Positions 39,458 to 50,536 of a stretch of DNA of 64,000 bases are shown piece by piece (position 1 is the stretch's first letter; the number at the start of each line of letters is the position of its first letter). Below the pieces are notes generated by a model, which made no database searches, had not been told where the DNA came from, and saw only the letters and a list, made by a program, of their open reading frames with translations. Position numbers and translations under genes: made by a program. The DNA comes from Armatimonadota bacterium (lineage in GTDB: Bacteria > Armatimonadota > SYMT01): positions 288,001 through 352,000 of the forward strand of contig JAWLHY010000008.1 of assembly GCA_041690135.1 (NCBI GenBank), read 5' to 3'.

Positions 39458-40675
39458 TCAGGCGGCTGTGACGCCTGAGACGGCCTGTGGGGGCGCCTCG
39501 ACGAGGCCGGCTCCCGCGGCGGGTTGGGTCACGTAGAACTCCGGCACTTTGTTGCATGCCTGCCGATACTGCTCCGCCACGTGCTCTTTGAAGGCCTCGA
39601 CGCGGTCGCGGTGGACCAGGCTCACCGTGCATCCCCCGAAGCCGGCCCCCGTCAGGCGGCTGCCCAGGCAGCCCTCCACGTCCCGGGCGGCGTAGACCAG
39701 CGCATCGAGAGCGGGCGAGCTCACCTGGTAATCGTCTCGCAGGCTGTCGTGGCTGTCGTTCATCAACTCGCCGAAAGCCTTCAGGTCCTTCGCTTTGAGC
39801 GCATTCACCGCCTGGAGCGTCCGCGCATTCTCGCTGATGACGTGGTTGGCGCGCCGGCACACGTAAGGATCCATCTCGTCGCCGTATTGCTGCAAATCCG
39901 CCATGGTCACATCGCGGAGCGCGCGCACGTGCGGCATGTGCTTACGGAACACGGCCACCGCCGCTTCGCACTGCTCGCGGCGTTTGTTGTAAGCGCTGGC
40001 CGCCAGTTCTCGGCTCTGAAGCGAGTTGGTGACGACGAAGCAGTACTCTTCCGTGTTTACGGGCACCAACTCAAACTCGAGCGACCGGCAATCAATAAAG
40101 AGGGCATGACCCGCGTGGCCCAGGCGTGAGACGAACTGGTCCATGATCCCCACGTGCACGCCCATGAAGTTGTTCTCGGCCGACTGGGCGAGGATGGCCA
40201 TCTCTCGCGCCTCAACCACCGCCTTACTGACTGTACAAAAGGCCATCGCCGCCGCGATCTCCATGGCCGCCGATGAACTCAGCCCGGAGGCGACAGGTAC
40301 GTTTCCTTCCACCACGCCGTCCATGCCGTAGAGAAGACAGCCGAACTGCAGCAACTCCTTCGCCATTCCGCGGACGTAGTTGTTCCAGAAAACGCTGTCG
40401 TCTCGTTCGATCCGGTCCAGGTCGAACGTTACTTCCTGGTCGAAGTTCACGGAGTAGAGGCGGACCATCCGGTCGTGCCGCTGCGCGACGGCGAACCGGA
40501 CGTCATGGTCGATCGCGATGGGGAGCACGAAGCCGTCATTATAATCCGTGTGCTCGCCGATCAGGTTGACGCGGCCGGGAGCCCGGACGATGATCGGCTC
40601 GCCGTCGTAGCGGCGCTTGAACTCCTCACGCAGCTTTTCGGTCCGCTCCTGGTTCTCGGGGGTATCGTGGTGCAT
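39458..40675 (-). CDS. galK: Galactokinase
   Basis: APGRVNLIGEHTDYN, GLSSSAA, GSRLTGAGFGG. Confidence 0.96.
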   Translation of the reverse strand: MHHDTPENQERTEKLREEFKRRYDGEPIIVRAPGRVNLIGEHTDYNDGFVLPIAIDHDVRFAVAQRHDRMVRLYSVNFDQEVTFDLDRIERDDSVFWNNYVRGMAKELLQFGCLLYGMDGVVEGNVPVASGLSSSAAMEIAAAMAFCTVSKAVVEAREMAILAQSAENNFMGVHVGIMDQFVSRLGHAGHALFIDCRSLEFELVPVNTEEYCFVVTNSLQSRELAASAYNKRREQCEAAVAVFRKHMPHVRALRDVTMADLQQYGDEMDPYVCRRANHVISENARTLQAVNALKAKDLKAFGELMNDSHDSLRDDYQVSSPALDALVYAARDVEGCLGSRLTGAGFGGCTVSLVHRDRVEAFKEHVAEQYRQACNKVPEFYVTQPAAGAGLVEAPPQAVSGVTAA

Positions 40676-40737
40676 CTCGGTTCCTTTTCCCTCGCTTTGC
40701 GCTCAACCGGCGCGCGGGCGGGGCACTGGCTGATCCA

Positions 40738-41721
40738 TCAGGCGGTCGACCGGGGTTCCGCGGTCCGCAATTCCGCGGCCTTCTCTTCTGCCAAAGTGTC
40801 GTTGATGAAAGTACCGGCGCCGGATTCGACGCTGGCGAGGTACTTCAACTTATTTGCCGTGCGGAGCGGAGGGTAGAACTCAACACGGAAATGATCCGCT
40901 TCCGGGCCCCGTCCGTCCGTCGGAAGCTGCTTCAGGACCATCATGTAGGGCATCGAGAGCCCCCAAAGCGCGTCGTAGCGCCCCATCACCTCTTTGAGCA
41001 CGCGGGCCAGGTCGAGGATTTCCGCCGCGGTGAGGTCGTTAAGCGAGCTCCGATGCTCATTGGCCCAGACATGAACCTCATAAGGATACCGGGCGTAGAA
41101 CGGGATACCGGCAAAGAAAGCGTCGCCCTCGACCACGCGGCGGCGACTGTCCTCACGCTCCTGGGTCACGATATCGCATACCAGGCACCGGTTGGTTGCC
41201 CGCCGGTACTCCGCTTGTGCGTTCAGTTCCCGCTCCAGCCGCGGTGGGATAAAAGGGAAGGCGTAGAGCTGACCGTGAGGGTGGTGGAGAGTGACGCCGA
41301 TCGCCTCGCCCTTATTCTCAAAGATGTACACATAGCGAACGAAATCTAGGGCGGCCAGCTCCGCGTATCGGTCCCGCCACATGTAGATCAGCTCTTCGAT
41401 TTTTTCCACGGGCTGCGTGGCCAGAGTCGCGTCGTGCTCGGGCGCGTAGACCAGAACCTCACACACTCCTTCCGCGGGAGTTACCGGGTGAAGGTCGGTT
41501 CCCTGAACGGCGGGCGTCGGTGGGTCGGGCCGCAGACTGGGAAACCGGTTCAGGAATGCAACGGTCCGGTAGCTCCGAACCGGGATTTCCGTTGGCGCGC
41601 CCCCGGCTCGTTCCGGACACAGGGGGCAGTAATCCTTGGGAGGGAGGAAGGTACGGTCCTGGCGTTCCGTGGACGTAATAACCCACTCCTGCAGGAGCGG
41701 GTGCCAGCGAAGCTCGGACAT
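40738..41721 (-). CDS. galT: Galactose-1-phosphate uridylyltransferase
   Basis: CPLCP, FENKG, HPHGQ. Confidence 0.95.
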   Translation of the reverse strand: MSELRWHPLLQEWVITSTERQDRTFLPPKDYCPLCPERAGGAPTEIPVRSYRTVAFLNRFPSLRPDPPTPAVQGTDLHPVTPAEGVCEVLVYAPEHDATLATQPVEKIEELIYMWRDRYAELAALDFVRYVYIFENKGEAIGVTLHHPHGQLYAFPFIPPRLERELNAQAEYRRATNRCLVCDIVTQEREDSRRRVVEGDAFFAGIPFYARYPYEVHVWANEHRSSLNDLTAAEILDLARVLKEVMGRYDALWGLSMPYMMVLKQLPTDGRGPEADHFRVEFYPPLRTANKLKYLASVESGAGTFINDTLAEEKAAELRTAEPRSTA

Positions 41722-41801
41722 GAACCGGAGACCTCCTCGGATCGGGGAGCGTGAACCGGCTCGTATATACCACCCCGCGCCGGTGCGCAAACGGGTGGAG
41801 G

Positions 41802-41823
41802 CGGCTTGTAGGCCTACAAGCCG
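41802..41823. promoter_or_regulatory. Perfect 22-bp palindrome upstream of galT (candidate operator)
   Basis: CGGCTTGTAGG|CCTACAAGCCG. Confidence 0.55.
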
Positions 41824-41959
41824 GTGAGCGCCAGGCGGGGATTCTCACACAACACATTGTCCCCGCGCTAATCGGTAGCCGAGAATCAACCCGTGGGTGA
41901 ATGTGAACCTCGCGGCCATTCACCCACGGCAAGGCAGAACCGGTACGGCGGGGGAGAAC

Positions 41960-42256
41960 TCAGTCGGAGGTTTTGGGCTCGGACTTGGCTGCCGTACTCG
42001 TTTCGGATTTAGTTTCCGTCTTTGTCTCGGAGCTCGTTTCGGACTTGCTTTCGCCCGTACCGCTTCTCCCGCCACTGCCGTTCTTATAGTCGGTTACGTA
42101 GAACCCGGATCCCTTGTACACTACCGCCGGGGGAAACAGAACCCTTCGAAGGCTGCCCCCGCACTTCGCGCAGTCGGTCAGCGGAGGGTCGCTCATCTTC
42201 TGGACTACTTCAGTGCGATCTTCGCACGCCCGGCAGGCGTAAACATACGTAGGCAC
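41960..42256 (-). CDS. FmdB-family zinc-ribbon protein (Rv0991c/Ruc-like)
   Basis: MPTYVYACRAC..CAKCGG..KGSGFYVTDY with an S/T/K/E-rich tail. Confidence 0.92.
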   Translation of the reverse strand: MPTYVYACRACEDRTEVVQKMSDPPLTDCAKCGGSLRRVLFPPAVVYKGSGFYVTDYKNGSGGRSGTGESKSETSSETKTETKSETSTAAKSEPKTSD

Positions 42257-42363
42257 TTCGTCTAACTCCTTCTCGTGATCGGTGCTGAAGCGTTACAATT
42301 AGCAGCCGGAGCCAGCGGCACCGGGTTCCTCGCTCCGTCTTCCTTCAAGCAACCGGAACGCGA

Positions 42364-42390
42364 TTAGCACTCGCCGAAGAGGAGTGCTAA
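42364..42390. promoter_or_regulatory. CIRCE element (HrcA operator) upstream of the FmdB-family gene
   Basis: Perfect TTAGCACTC-N9-GAGTGCTAA. Confidence 0.92.
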
Positions 42391-42398
42391 TCGTCGTG

Positions 42399-42428
42399 AT
42401 TATAGCAAGTCCCTCCGAGAACAATCAA
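42399..42428 (-). promoter_or_regulatory. Sigma70 promoter reading through CIRCE into the FmdB-family gene
   Basis: Minus strand TTGATT-N18-TATAAT with extended -10 TG. Confidence 0.7.
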
Positions 42429-42443
42429 GAAAGGCTGTTGCCA

Positions 42444-43349
42444 GTGCTCCCTCTTGACCAGCTCGCGACCGAGCAGGCCAACCCGCACACGGCGGACCTC
42501 GATATCCTACCGACTGAAGAGGCCCTGTACCGCTTGAGCGACGAGGACCGGCTCGTTCCGGATGCCGTCCGACGAGAGGTTCCGCGCATCGCTCGCGCCG
42601 TGGAATTGATCGAACGTGCCTTGCGCCGGGAGGGCCGCCTCATCTACGTGGGCGCCGGTACGAGTGGGCGCCTGGGGTGCCTGGACGCCTCCGAGATCCC
42701 ACCTACTTACGGGATGGAAGCCGGCCGGGTCGTGGGAATCATTGCCGGGGGGGACCACGCGCTCCGGAATAGCATCGAAGGCGCTGAAGACGATCCCGAC
42801 GCGGGCGCGGCCATGATGGCCGAGTTGGGGGTGGACGACCGAGATGTCGTCTGCGGCATCGCTGCCAGCGGACGCACGCCCTACGTATTGGGAGCCTTGG
42901 CCGAAGCCCATCGCCGGGGGGCCGCGACTGTAGGTGTAGCGACCAACCGCCCCTCCGACATGGAAGCACATGTGGATGTAATGATCGCTCCGGTGGTCGG
43001 TCCGGAACCCGTAAGCGGGTCCACTCGCATGAAGAGCGGCACCGCCCAAAAGCTGGTCCTCAACATGCTTTCCACGATGGCGATGGTCCGCATCGGTAAA
43101 ACCTACGGGAACCTGATGGTCGACCTCCGCGCCACGAATGCGAAACTGGTGCATCGAGCCCAGCGCCTGATCCGCATGGTAACCGGAGTAGACGAACAGG
43201 AAGCCGCTGAGCTTTTCGCGGCGAGCGGCAAAGATACCAAGTTGGCCATCCTGATGGGTCTAACGGGTCTGGACGCGGAAGCGGCCCGTACCCGCCTGGA
43301 CGCCGCGGGCGGAGTGCTTCGGCGGGCAATGCTTGAAGTCCAGGACTGA
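42444..43349 (+). CDS. murQ: N-acetylmuramic acid 6-phosphate etherase
   Basis: GAGTSGRLG..DASE, GSTRMKSGTAQK, GNLMVD. Confidence 0.96.
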   Translation: MLPLDQLATEQANPHTADLDILPTEEALYRLSDEDRLVPDAVRREVPRIARAVELIERALRREGRLIYVGAGTSGRLGCLDASEIPPTYGMEAGRVVGIIAGGDHALRNSIEGAEDDPDAGAAMMAELGVDDRDVVCGIAASGRTPYVLGALAEAHRRGAATVGVATNRPSDMEAHVDVMIAPVVGPEPVSGSTRMKSGTAQKLVLNMLSTMAMVRIGKTYGNLMVDLRATNAKLVHRAQRLIRMVTGVDEQEAAELFAASGKDTKLAILMGLTGLDAEAARTRLDAAGGVLRRAMLEVQD

Positions 43350-43398
43350 CCGGCGGGGCGACCTGGACGCGACCCGCCGAAGGAGACCCATTCCCAGC

Positions 43399-44589
43399 AT
43401 GCTTGCGGATCTGAAGGCGCGATTGGATGATGGCCGCCCCGTATTGGCCATTGGATTGATGTCCGGAACCTCCGCAGACGGCATCGATGCGGCGCTCGTC
43501 CGCCTCTGGAGGGAAGCAGAGCGCCTCCGGGTCGAGCTGGTCCGTTTCGATACAGTGCCGTATCCGGCGGCGGTGCGTGAGCTGCTTTTCCGCTGCTTCG
43601 ACAACGCCGCGACCGTTCGGGATCTCTGCGCCCTCCATGCCATGGTGGGTGAGCTTTTCGCGGATGCCGCGGAAGCCGTCGGTGCGCACGGTGAAGCCGG
43701 TAGGGAAGAGCCCCTGGCGTTCGTGGCCTCTCATGGCCAGACCGTCTGGCATGAGCCGTTGCCCACGGACACTGTGTACGCACTCGGTGGGGCACGAGCG
43801 CGCGGCACACTCCAGATCGGCGAAGCAGCACGTATTGCCGCTCGGCTTGGGGTACCTGTGGTTAGCGACTTCCGGCAGCAAGATCTGGCCCTTGGAGGTC
43901 AGGGCGCGCCCCTCGCACCCTACATGGATTACCTGCTCTTCTCCGATGCCACCGAATCTAGGGCGGTGCAGAATCTCGGTGGGATTGGCAACGTCGCCTA
44001 CTTACCGGCCAGAGCCAGCCTGGACGAGGTAGTCGCGTTCGATACGGGTCCCGCCAATGCCCTCATCGATACCGCCACAAGCCTGGTGTCCGAGGGAAAG
44101 CTTACCTATGACCGCGACGGGCAACTGGCAGCATCTGCGCCCTTCGATCCGGCACTGCTCGAGTCGCTGCTGCGGGAACCCTACTTCGCGCAACGCCCCC
44201 CCAAAAGCACCGGCCGCGAGCTTTTCAGCGCGGCGCGCGTGCGGGAGTTGTGGGAGGCTGGCCACCGCGGACCCGAACTGGTATCTACCCTCACCCAACT
44301 GACCGTGGAAAGCGTCGCCGCCGCTTACCGGCAGTGGCTGGGGCCCGTGGATCGGGTCATCGTGGGGGGTGGCGGAGCGCGTAATCCGGAACTGATGCGC
44401 CGGTTGGGAACCGCCCTTGCGCCCGCCGTGGTATGCACCCACGAAGCGCTCGGGATCAACAGCGAGGCGAAGGAGGCGATTGCGTTTGCCATCATGGGCT
44501 ACGAAACTCTCCGGGGTCGCCCCTCCAACGTGCCCTCCGCCACCGGCGCTGCCCGCGCCTGTGTCCAGGGCAAGATAACGCTCCCCTGA
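43399..44589 (+). CDS. anmK: Anhydro-N-acetylmuramic acid kinase
   Basis: GLMSGTSADGID, SHGQT, GGQGAPL, FDTGPAN, KSTGRE. Confidence 0.95.
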   Translation: MLADLKARLDDGRPVLAIGLMSGTSADGIDAALVRLWREAERLRVELVRFDTVPYPAAVRELLFRCFDNAATVRDLCALHAMVGELFADAAEAVGAHGEAGREEPLAFVASHGQTVWHEPLPTDTVYALGGARARGTLQIGEAARIAARLGVPVVSDFRQQDLALGGQGAPLAPYMDYLLFSDATESRAVQNLGGIGNVAYLPARASLDEVVAFDTGPANALIDTATSLVSEGKLTYDRDGQLAASAPFDPALLESLLREPYFAQRPPKSTGRELFSAARVRELWEAGHRGPELVSTLTQLTVESVAAAYRQWLGPVDRVIVGGGGARNPELMRRLGTALAPAVVCTHEALGINSEAKEAIAFAIMGYETLRGRPSNVPSATGAARACVQGKITLP

Positions 44590-44629
44590 TCCCGCCGCCT
44601 TCCCCGGTTTCCTCCAAACCGCAAATAAC

Positions 44630-44657
44630 TGAACCACCCGGTCGCTCCGTGCGTCAG
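44630..44657 (+). promoter_or_regulatory. Candidate autoregulatory ECF promoter
   Basis: TGAACC-N16-CGTCAG, about 37 bp upstream of the ECF sigma start. Confidence 0.65.
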
Positions 44658-44693
44658 GGGGGACAGGTGAGAGCCTGGACGGGTGGGGAAACG

Positions 44694-45272
44694 ATGCACG
44701 CTGCTGCGGTAGTGACGATCAAGAACGCAACAATCTCAACCGACCGCACCTTCGAAGGACTGGTTCAGCAGTACAAGAACCGGATCTTCGGGTACGTTTG
44801 CCGGTTGACGAACGACAGCCCGGATGCGGAAGATATCACCCAGGAGGTGTTCATCCGCGCCTACCAGTCGATGCACGCGTTCCGGCATGACGCGGCGGTA
44901 GACACCTGGCTGTACCGGATTGCCACCAACCTGGTGATCGATCGGTTTCGCCGGGAGAAGCGCGCCCCCCAGTGGGTGCCGGTCACTGAGGACCCGGACG
45001 AAACTGCCCGGGAACTACCCAGTCTGGATCGTGAGGCGGACCCTCAGGCTTCCATGCAGCTCAATGAACTGCAGGCCCAGGTGCAGAAAGCGGTCCGTTC
45101 GCTGCCGACCAAGCTTCGCACTGTGGTGGTGCTGCACGATATGGAAGGCCTATCCTACGAGGAAGTGGCGCAGACTCTCGGGTGCCCTGTTGGGACCGTC
45201 AAGTCCCGATTATTCAACGCGCGGCTGATGCTCCGCAAGAAACTCCAGCACTACATGGAGGGATCGGTATGA
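44694..45272 (+). CDS. ECF RNA polymerase sigma factor (RpoE/SigW-like)
   Basis: DAEDITQEVF, TWLYRIATN, SYEEVA..GTVKSRL. Confidence 0.95.
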   Translation: MHAAAVVTIKNATISTDRTFEGLVQQYKNRIFGYVCRLTNDSPDAEDITQEVFIRAYQSMHAFRHDAAVDTWLYRIATNLVIDRFRREKRAPQWVPVTEDPDETARELPSLDREADPQASMQLNELQAQVQKAVRSLPTKLRTVVVLHDMEGLSYEEVAQTLGCPVGTVKSRLFNARLMLRKKLQHYMEGSV

Positions 45273-45772
45273 CCTGCGGAAAGATTCGAATCCTCATCCA
45301 GGACTACGTGGACGGCTCGGCGAGCGCATCCCAACGGGAGGCGGTGGATGCCCACGTGGCGGATTGCCCCTCCTGCGGACGCGAACTTGCCGAGTCTCGC
45401 CAACTGCTGCAGTGGATGAGCGGTACGCCCCAGCGAGAGGTCAGCCGCGATTTCGACCGGAAGCTGATGGCGGCACTTCAGGAGCGCGCCCCGGCGCCAC
45501 GAAAAACCGCGTGGTGGGAAGAACTCCGGCTGCGGTTCGAGTGGCGGCTGCGCATACCCGCCATGGTTGCGGCGGGAAGTCTCGCCACGGCGCTTATCGC
45601 GGTTGTGGTGGGGCCGCAGTCGACGCCCCAAAGATCGGGGGAGGAGACACGAGTGCTGTTGTCGTCGGCAATCGAGCGGCACCAGGAGCTTCAGCGCGCC
45701 AATTCCGACGTGGATTGGGAGGCTGTGGATCAAAGCATCGCGCTAAGCACAGGCAGTGTTCTGACCGAGTAG
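45269..45772 (+). CDS. zf-HC2 membrane anti-sigma factor
   Basis: HVADCPSC (HxxxCxxC), one TM segment, ATGA overlap with the sigma gene. Confidence 0.9.
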   Translation: MTCGKIRILIQDYVDGSASASQREAVDAHVADCPSCGRELAESRQLLQWMSGTPQREVSRDFDRKLMAALQERAPAPRKTAWWEELRLRFEWRLRIPAMVAAGSLATALIAVVVGPQSTPQRSGEETRVLLSSAIERHQELQRANSDVDWEAVDQSIALSTGSVLTE

Positions 45773-45779
45773 CAGTCCT

Positions 45780-46748
45780 ATGGTTCGGAAGTTTTGCAGT
45801 CCAGTGAGAATCAGTCTGGCTCTGGCGGTGCTGGCAACATTGCCCGCCCGTGCAGAGGATCCGCGCGAGATTCTCCGGAAGAGCCTCAACCCGCGCGACA
45901 AGACTTACATTGGAGAGCAGGTGGTCGAAGACAGCCGCCGCCCGCCCCGCCCCCGGCGTCCCGGCAGCCCCGACCCGGTGCAAAAAGTCTACCGCAAAGG
46001 TCAGTACCTCAAAATCGAGTTCCCCACCGGACAGGTGCTCTACGATAACGGCGAGACCTCTCAGCTCTACTTCCCGCGTCAGGGGGTGGTCGAGACGGCC
46101 CCATCCCGGCAGGCGCTCGACAAATTGAAGGCAGCGGAACGAGCGATCCGGAATCCGAGGACGGAAGTCACCCTCGAAGAAGATACCGCAATTGCCGGGC
46201 GTGACTGTTACGTGCTGTCCGTCAAGCCGCCGCGGGGGTCTCAGCGGAAGCTCTGGATCGATAAGGCCACGTTCCTTCAACTCCGTCTCGACGAAACCCA
46301 ACCGAACGGCCGGGTGGTGAGTACCTACTTCCGCAGCATCGATTTCGACGCCCTGCCCACCCGGCAGCAGTTAGCGTTCAACCTGCCACCGGATGTACGG
46401 CCGGTGGAGAAAGGGGGAGGACGCCCGGTGCCGCGCAAAGTCGCGGAGGCGCTCGCTCGCCGATGGGGCGGCCCCCTGGAGCCGCGGTTTACGGCCGGAT
46501 ACAAGCTCCGGGGCTTCTACCGCCATGCTTTCAAAGGCCAGCCGATGCTGGTGGCGGTTTATGAAAGCCCAGACGGGAAATCGACCCTTTCACTCTTCCA
46601 GAGCGCCTCGATGGGCATGGAGCAAATGCCGGTCAAGCGAAAGCCTCCGGTACGGGTGCTCGCGGCCAAGAAAGGGCAGGCCGATCTCATCCTGGTCGGC
46701 TCGCTACCCGAAGAACAGCTACAGCGGGTCATGGATTCCGTCGAGTAG
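45780..46748 (+). CDS. MucB/RseB-like (LolA-fold) periplasmic regulator
   Basis: Signal peptide; IAGRDCYVL, KLWIDKATFLQLR, TLSLFQ; third gene of the ECF operon. Confidence 0.8.
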   Translation: MVRKFCSPVRISLALAVLATLPARAEDPREILRKSLNPRDKTYIGEQVVEDSRRPPRPRRPGSPDPVQKVYRKGQYLKIEFPTGQVLYDNGETSQLYFPRQGVVETAPSRQALDKLKAAERAIRNPRTEVTLEEDTAIAGRDCYVLSVKPPRGSQRKLWIDKATFLQLRLDETQPNGRVVSTYFRSIDFDALPTRQQLAFNLPPDVRPVEKGGGRPVPRKVAEALARRWGGPLEPRFTAGYKLRGFYRHAFKGQPMLVAVYESPDGKSTLSLFQSASMGMEQMPVKRKPPVRVLAAKKGQADLILVGSLPEEQLQRVMDSVE

Positions 46749-47119
46749 GCGGCCAGCGTCTGCGCCCATCTTTCAGCTATCCAAGCGGGCGCAATGTCCG
46801 CTCCATCCATTGGATGCCCGGCGAGCAGGGGTGATCTGCGACGACAGCGCAACCACAGGCTCCCGCAGTGCAACCCATCACCCCTTTGGGGGACCCGGGC
46901 GTGGGCCTGCGGGACGAACCACCCATTCCGTGGGTACCCGGCGCGGGCAGTTGTACTGCCCGCGCTCAAGTATCCCAACAACGTCCTGCACGGCTAGCGC
47001 CTGCACGCCTGCACCTCTGTACACCCGAACACCTCAATACCTGACCACCCTGGCACCCTCACCGTTCGACTGCTATCCCACCCGCCGCCGTTTCATTTGG
47101 CGCGCGCTGCCAAAAGCAC

Positions 47120-47149
47120 TTGCACCTTGTGGAGTGATTAGGCTAGAAT
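47120..47149 (+). promoter_or_regulatory. groESL sigma70 promoter
   Basis: TTGCAC-N18-TAGAAT directly before CIRCE. Confidence 0.7.
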
Positions 47150-47157
47150 TACGCCGG

Positions 47158-47184
47158 TTAGCACTCGGCTAGGGGGAGTGCTAA
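47158..47184. promoter_or_regulatory. CIRCE element of groESL
   Basis: Perfect TTAGCACTC-N9-GAGTGCTAA. Confidence 0.95.
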
Positions 47185-47264
47185 CCCTTTCCCTTCCCCC
47201 TACCGCTTTGCAACCCGGGATAGAACCCGGACGTCACGTCTAGGAACGCAGGAGGAGTGTAGAG

Positions 47265-47558
47265 ATGGCTAGCCTCAAGCCTCTTTCCGACCGCATTATC
47301 GTCAAGGCCGTTGCCGGCGAAGAAAAGACCGCCGGCGGCATCGTTCTCCCGGACACCGCCAAAGAGAAGCCGCAGCAGGGCGAAGTGCTCGCCGTCGGAC
47401 CGGGTCGCGTGCTCGACAACGGCAAGATCAGCCCGATGGACATCCAGGTCGGCGATCGGGTCTACTACGGCAAGTACAGCGGCACCGAAGTGAAGCTGAA
47501 CGGCCAGGAACTGGTGGTTCTCCGGCAGGATGACGTCCTCGGCGTCGTCGAGGCCTAA
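47265..47558 (+). CDS. groES: Co-chaperonin GroES
   Basis: LKPLSDRII, GGIVLPDTAKEKP. Confidence 0.98.
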   Translation: MASLKPLSDRIIVKAVAGEEKTAGGIVLPDTAKEKPQQGEVLAVGPGRVLDNGKISPMDIQVGDRVYYGKYSGTEVKLNGQELVVLRQDDVLGVVEA

Positions 47559-47575
47559 CGACTCAAAGGAGTTAA

Positions 47576-49234
<1,659 letters not shown>

Positions 49235-49273
49235 TCCCACGCCTTCCGGCAACCGAAACGCCAAGCAAACAGG

Positions 49274-49315
49274 ACGGGGCCTACCTGGAATACCGGGGAG
49301 GCCCCGTTCGCTTTC
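49274..49315 (+). terminator. Hairpin after groEL
   Basis: ACGGGGCCT ... AGGCCCCGT followed by TCGCTTT. Confidence 0.55.
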
Positions 49316-49352
49316 ACAATCCTGCGGCACTCGCTACAATCGGTCGAGGGAG

Positions 49353-50498
49353 ATGAGCCGAAGGAGGCGAGAATTGCGTTTTTGGTTTGCAAGCGCGGTC
49401 ATGGGCGTCCTGTTGGCGGGGTGCAACACGCCGGTGTCACCATCGCGGAACCCGGGGGACATCTCATCCACTCCCGGCACAGCCCCGTCCCAGCGTGATC
49501 TGGGCAACGAGCCCCTGCGGGTTCATTTTCTGGATGTTGGTCAAGGAGACGCAGCCTGGATCGAAGCGCCCGGCGACGTCGACGTCTTGATCGATGGCGG
49601 GCCTTCCGATGCCGGCCCTCGGGTGCTGGAAGTTCTCCGTAGCCGGGGCGTAGAACAACTCGATTGGGTCGTGGGTACCCACCCGCACGAAGACCACATC
49701 GGCGGCCTTATCGACGTGCTCCGGGCCATGCCGGTCGAGAGGGCGCTCGATCCCGGCTACAACCACGGTACGGCCACTCAGCGCACCTATCTTCAGCTCC
49801 TGAAGTCGAAGGGGGTCAAGACAGTACGCGCGCGCGCCGGCCAGGTTTACGACCTGGGACCTGGAACCCAACTGGAGGTCCTTGCACCGCAGGAGCCGCT
49901 CCTCCGCAATACCGAGTCCGACGCCAACAACAACTCGATCGTGGCAAGGCTGGTTCACGGCGATACGCGCGTGTTGTTCACCGGCGACATGGAGAACGAG
50001 CAGCGCGAGCGGTTGCTGGATAGCACCCCCTCAAACGCGCTGCAAGCCGGTATCCTGAAGGTCGCCCACCACGGCAGCCACAACGGTACCGACCCACGGT
50101 TCCTGCGTACCGTGGCCCCTCGCTTTGCGGTCGTCTCCCTGGCGGACGGCAATGAATACGGCCACCCCCACCTTGAGACGCTCGATGAACTTCGTGCCGC
50201 CGGGATTCCGGTCTATCGCACGGACCAACTGGGAGACGTCACCTTCGAGTCGGAGGGCCGGACTCTGCGCCCACTGACGGCTGCCAGTGTAACGCACAAA
50301 GCAGCGCCCGCAACTCCGGAAACTACACCCCAGGCAATAGGTCCCGTAGTGGGAAACACTTCCAGCCGGGTGTACCACGCACCGGATTGCGGCTCTCTCC
50401 CCTCCCCGGAGAATCGCGAGCGCCTGGCGACTGCGGCCGAGGCGGAGCGAGCCGGATATCGCCCTCATCGCAAATGTATCAATCCCGCAGGACGCTAG
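49353..50498 (+). CDS. ComEC/Rec2-like metallo-beta-lactamase lipoprotein with C-terminal Ada-like Zn motif
   Basis: Lipobox LLAGC; DVGQGD, THPHEDHIGG, KVAHHGS, YGHPH; VYHAPDC..GYRPHRKC. Confidence 0.88.
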   Translation: MSRRRRELRFWFASAVMGVLLAGCNTPVSPSRNPGDISSTPGTAPSQRDLGNEPLRVHFLDVGQGDAAWIEAPGDVDVLIDGGPSDAGPRVLEVLRSRGVEQLDWVVGTHPHEDHIGGLIDVLRAMPVERALDPGYNHGTATQRTYLQLLKSKGVKTVRARAGQVYDLGPGTQLEVLAPQEPLLRNTESDANNNSIVARLVHGDTRVLFTGDMENEQRERLLDSTPSNALQAGILKVAHHGSHNGTDPRFLRTVAPRFAVVSLADGNEYGHPHLETLDELRAAGIPVYRTDQLGDVTFESEGRTLRPLTAASVTHKAAPATPETTPQAIGPVVGNTSSRVYHAPDCGSLPSPENRERLATAAEAERAGYRPHRKCINPAGR

Positions 50499-50536
50499 CG
50501 CCATTCGTGCCAGCATCAACGGAGGGAATTGGCAAG

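Noticed and set aside
47113-47140. Degenerate second CIRCE over the groES -35 (AAAGCACTT..GAGTGATTA)
   Set aside because: Several mismatches and a 10-bp spacer; cannot be supported from sequence alone
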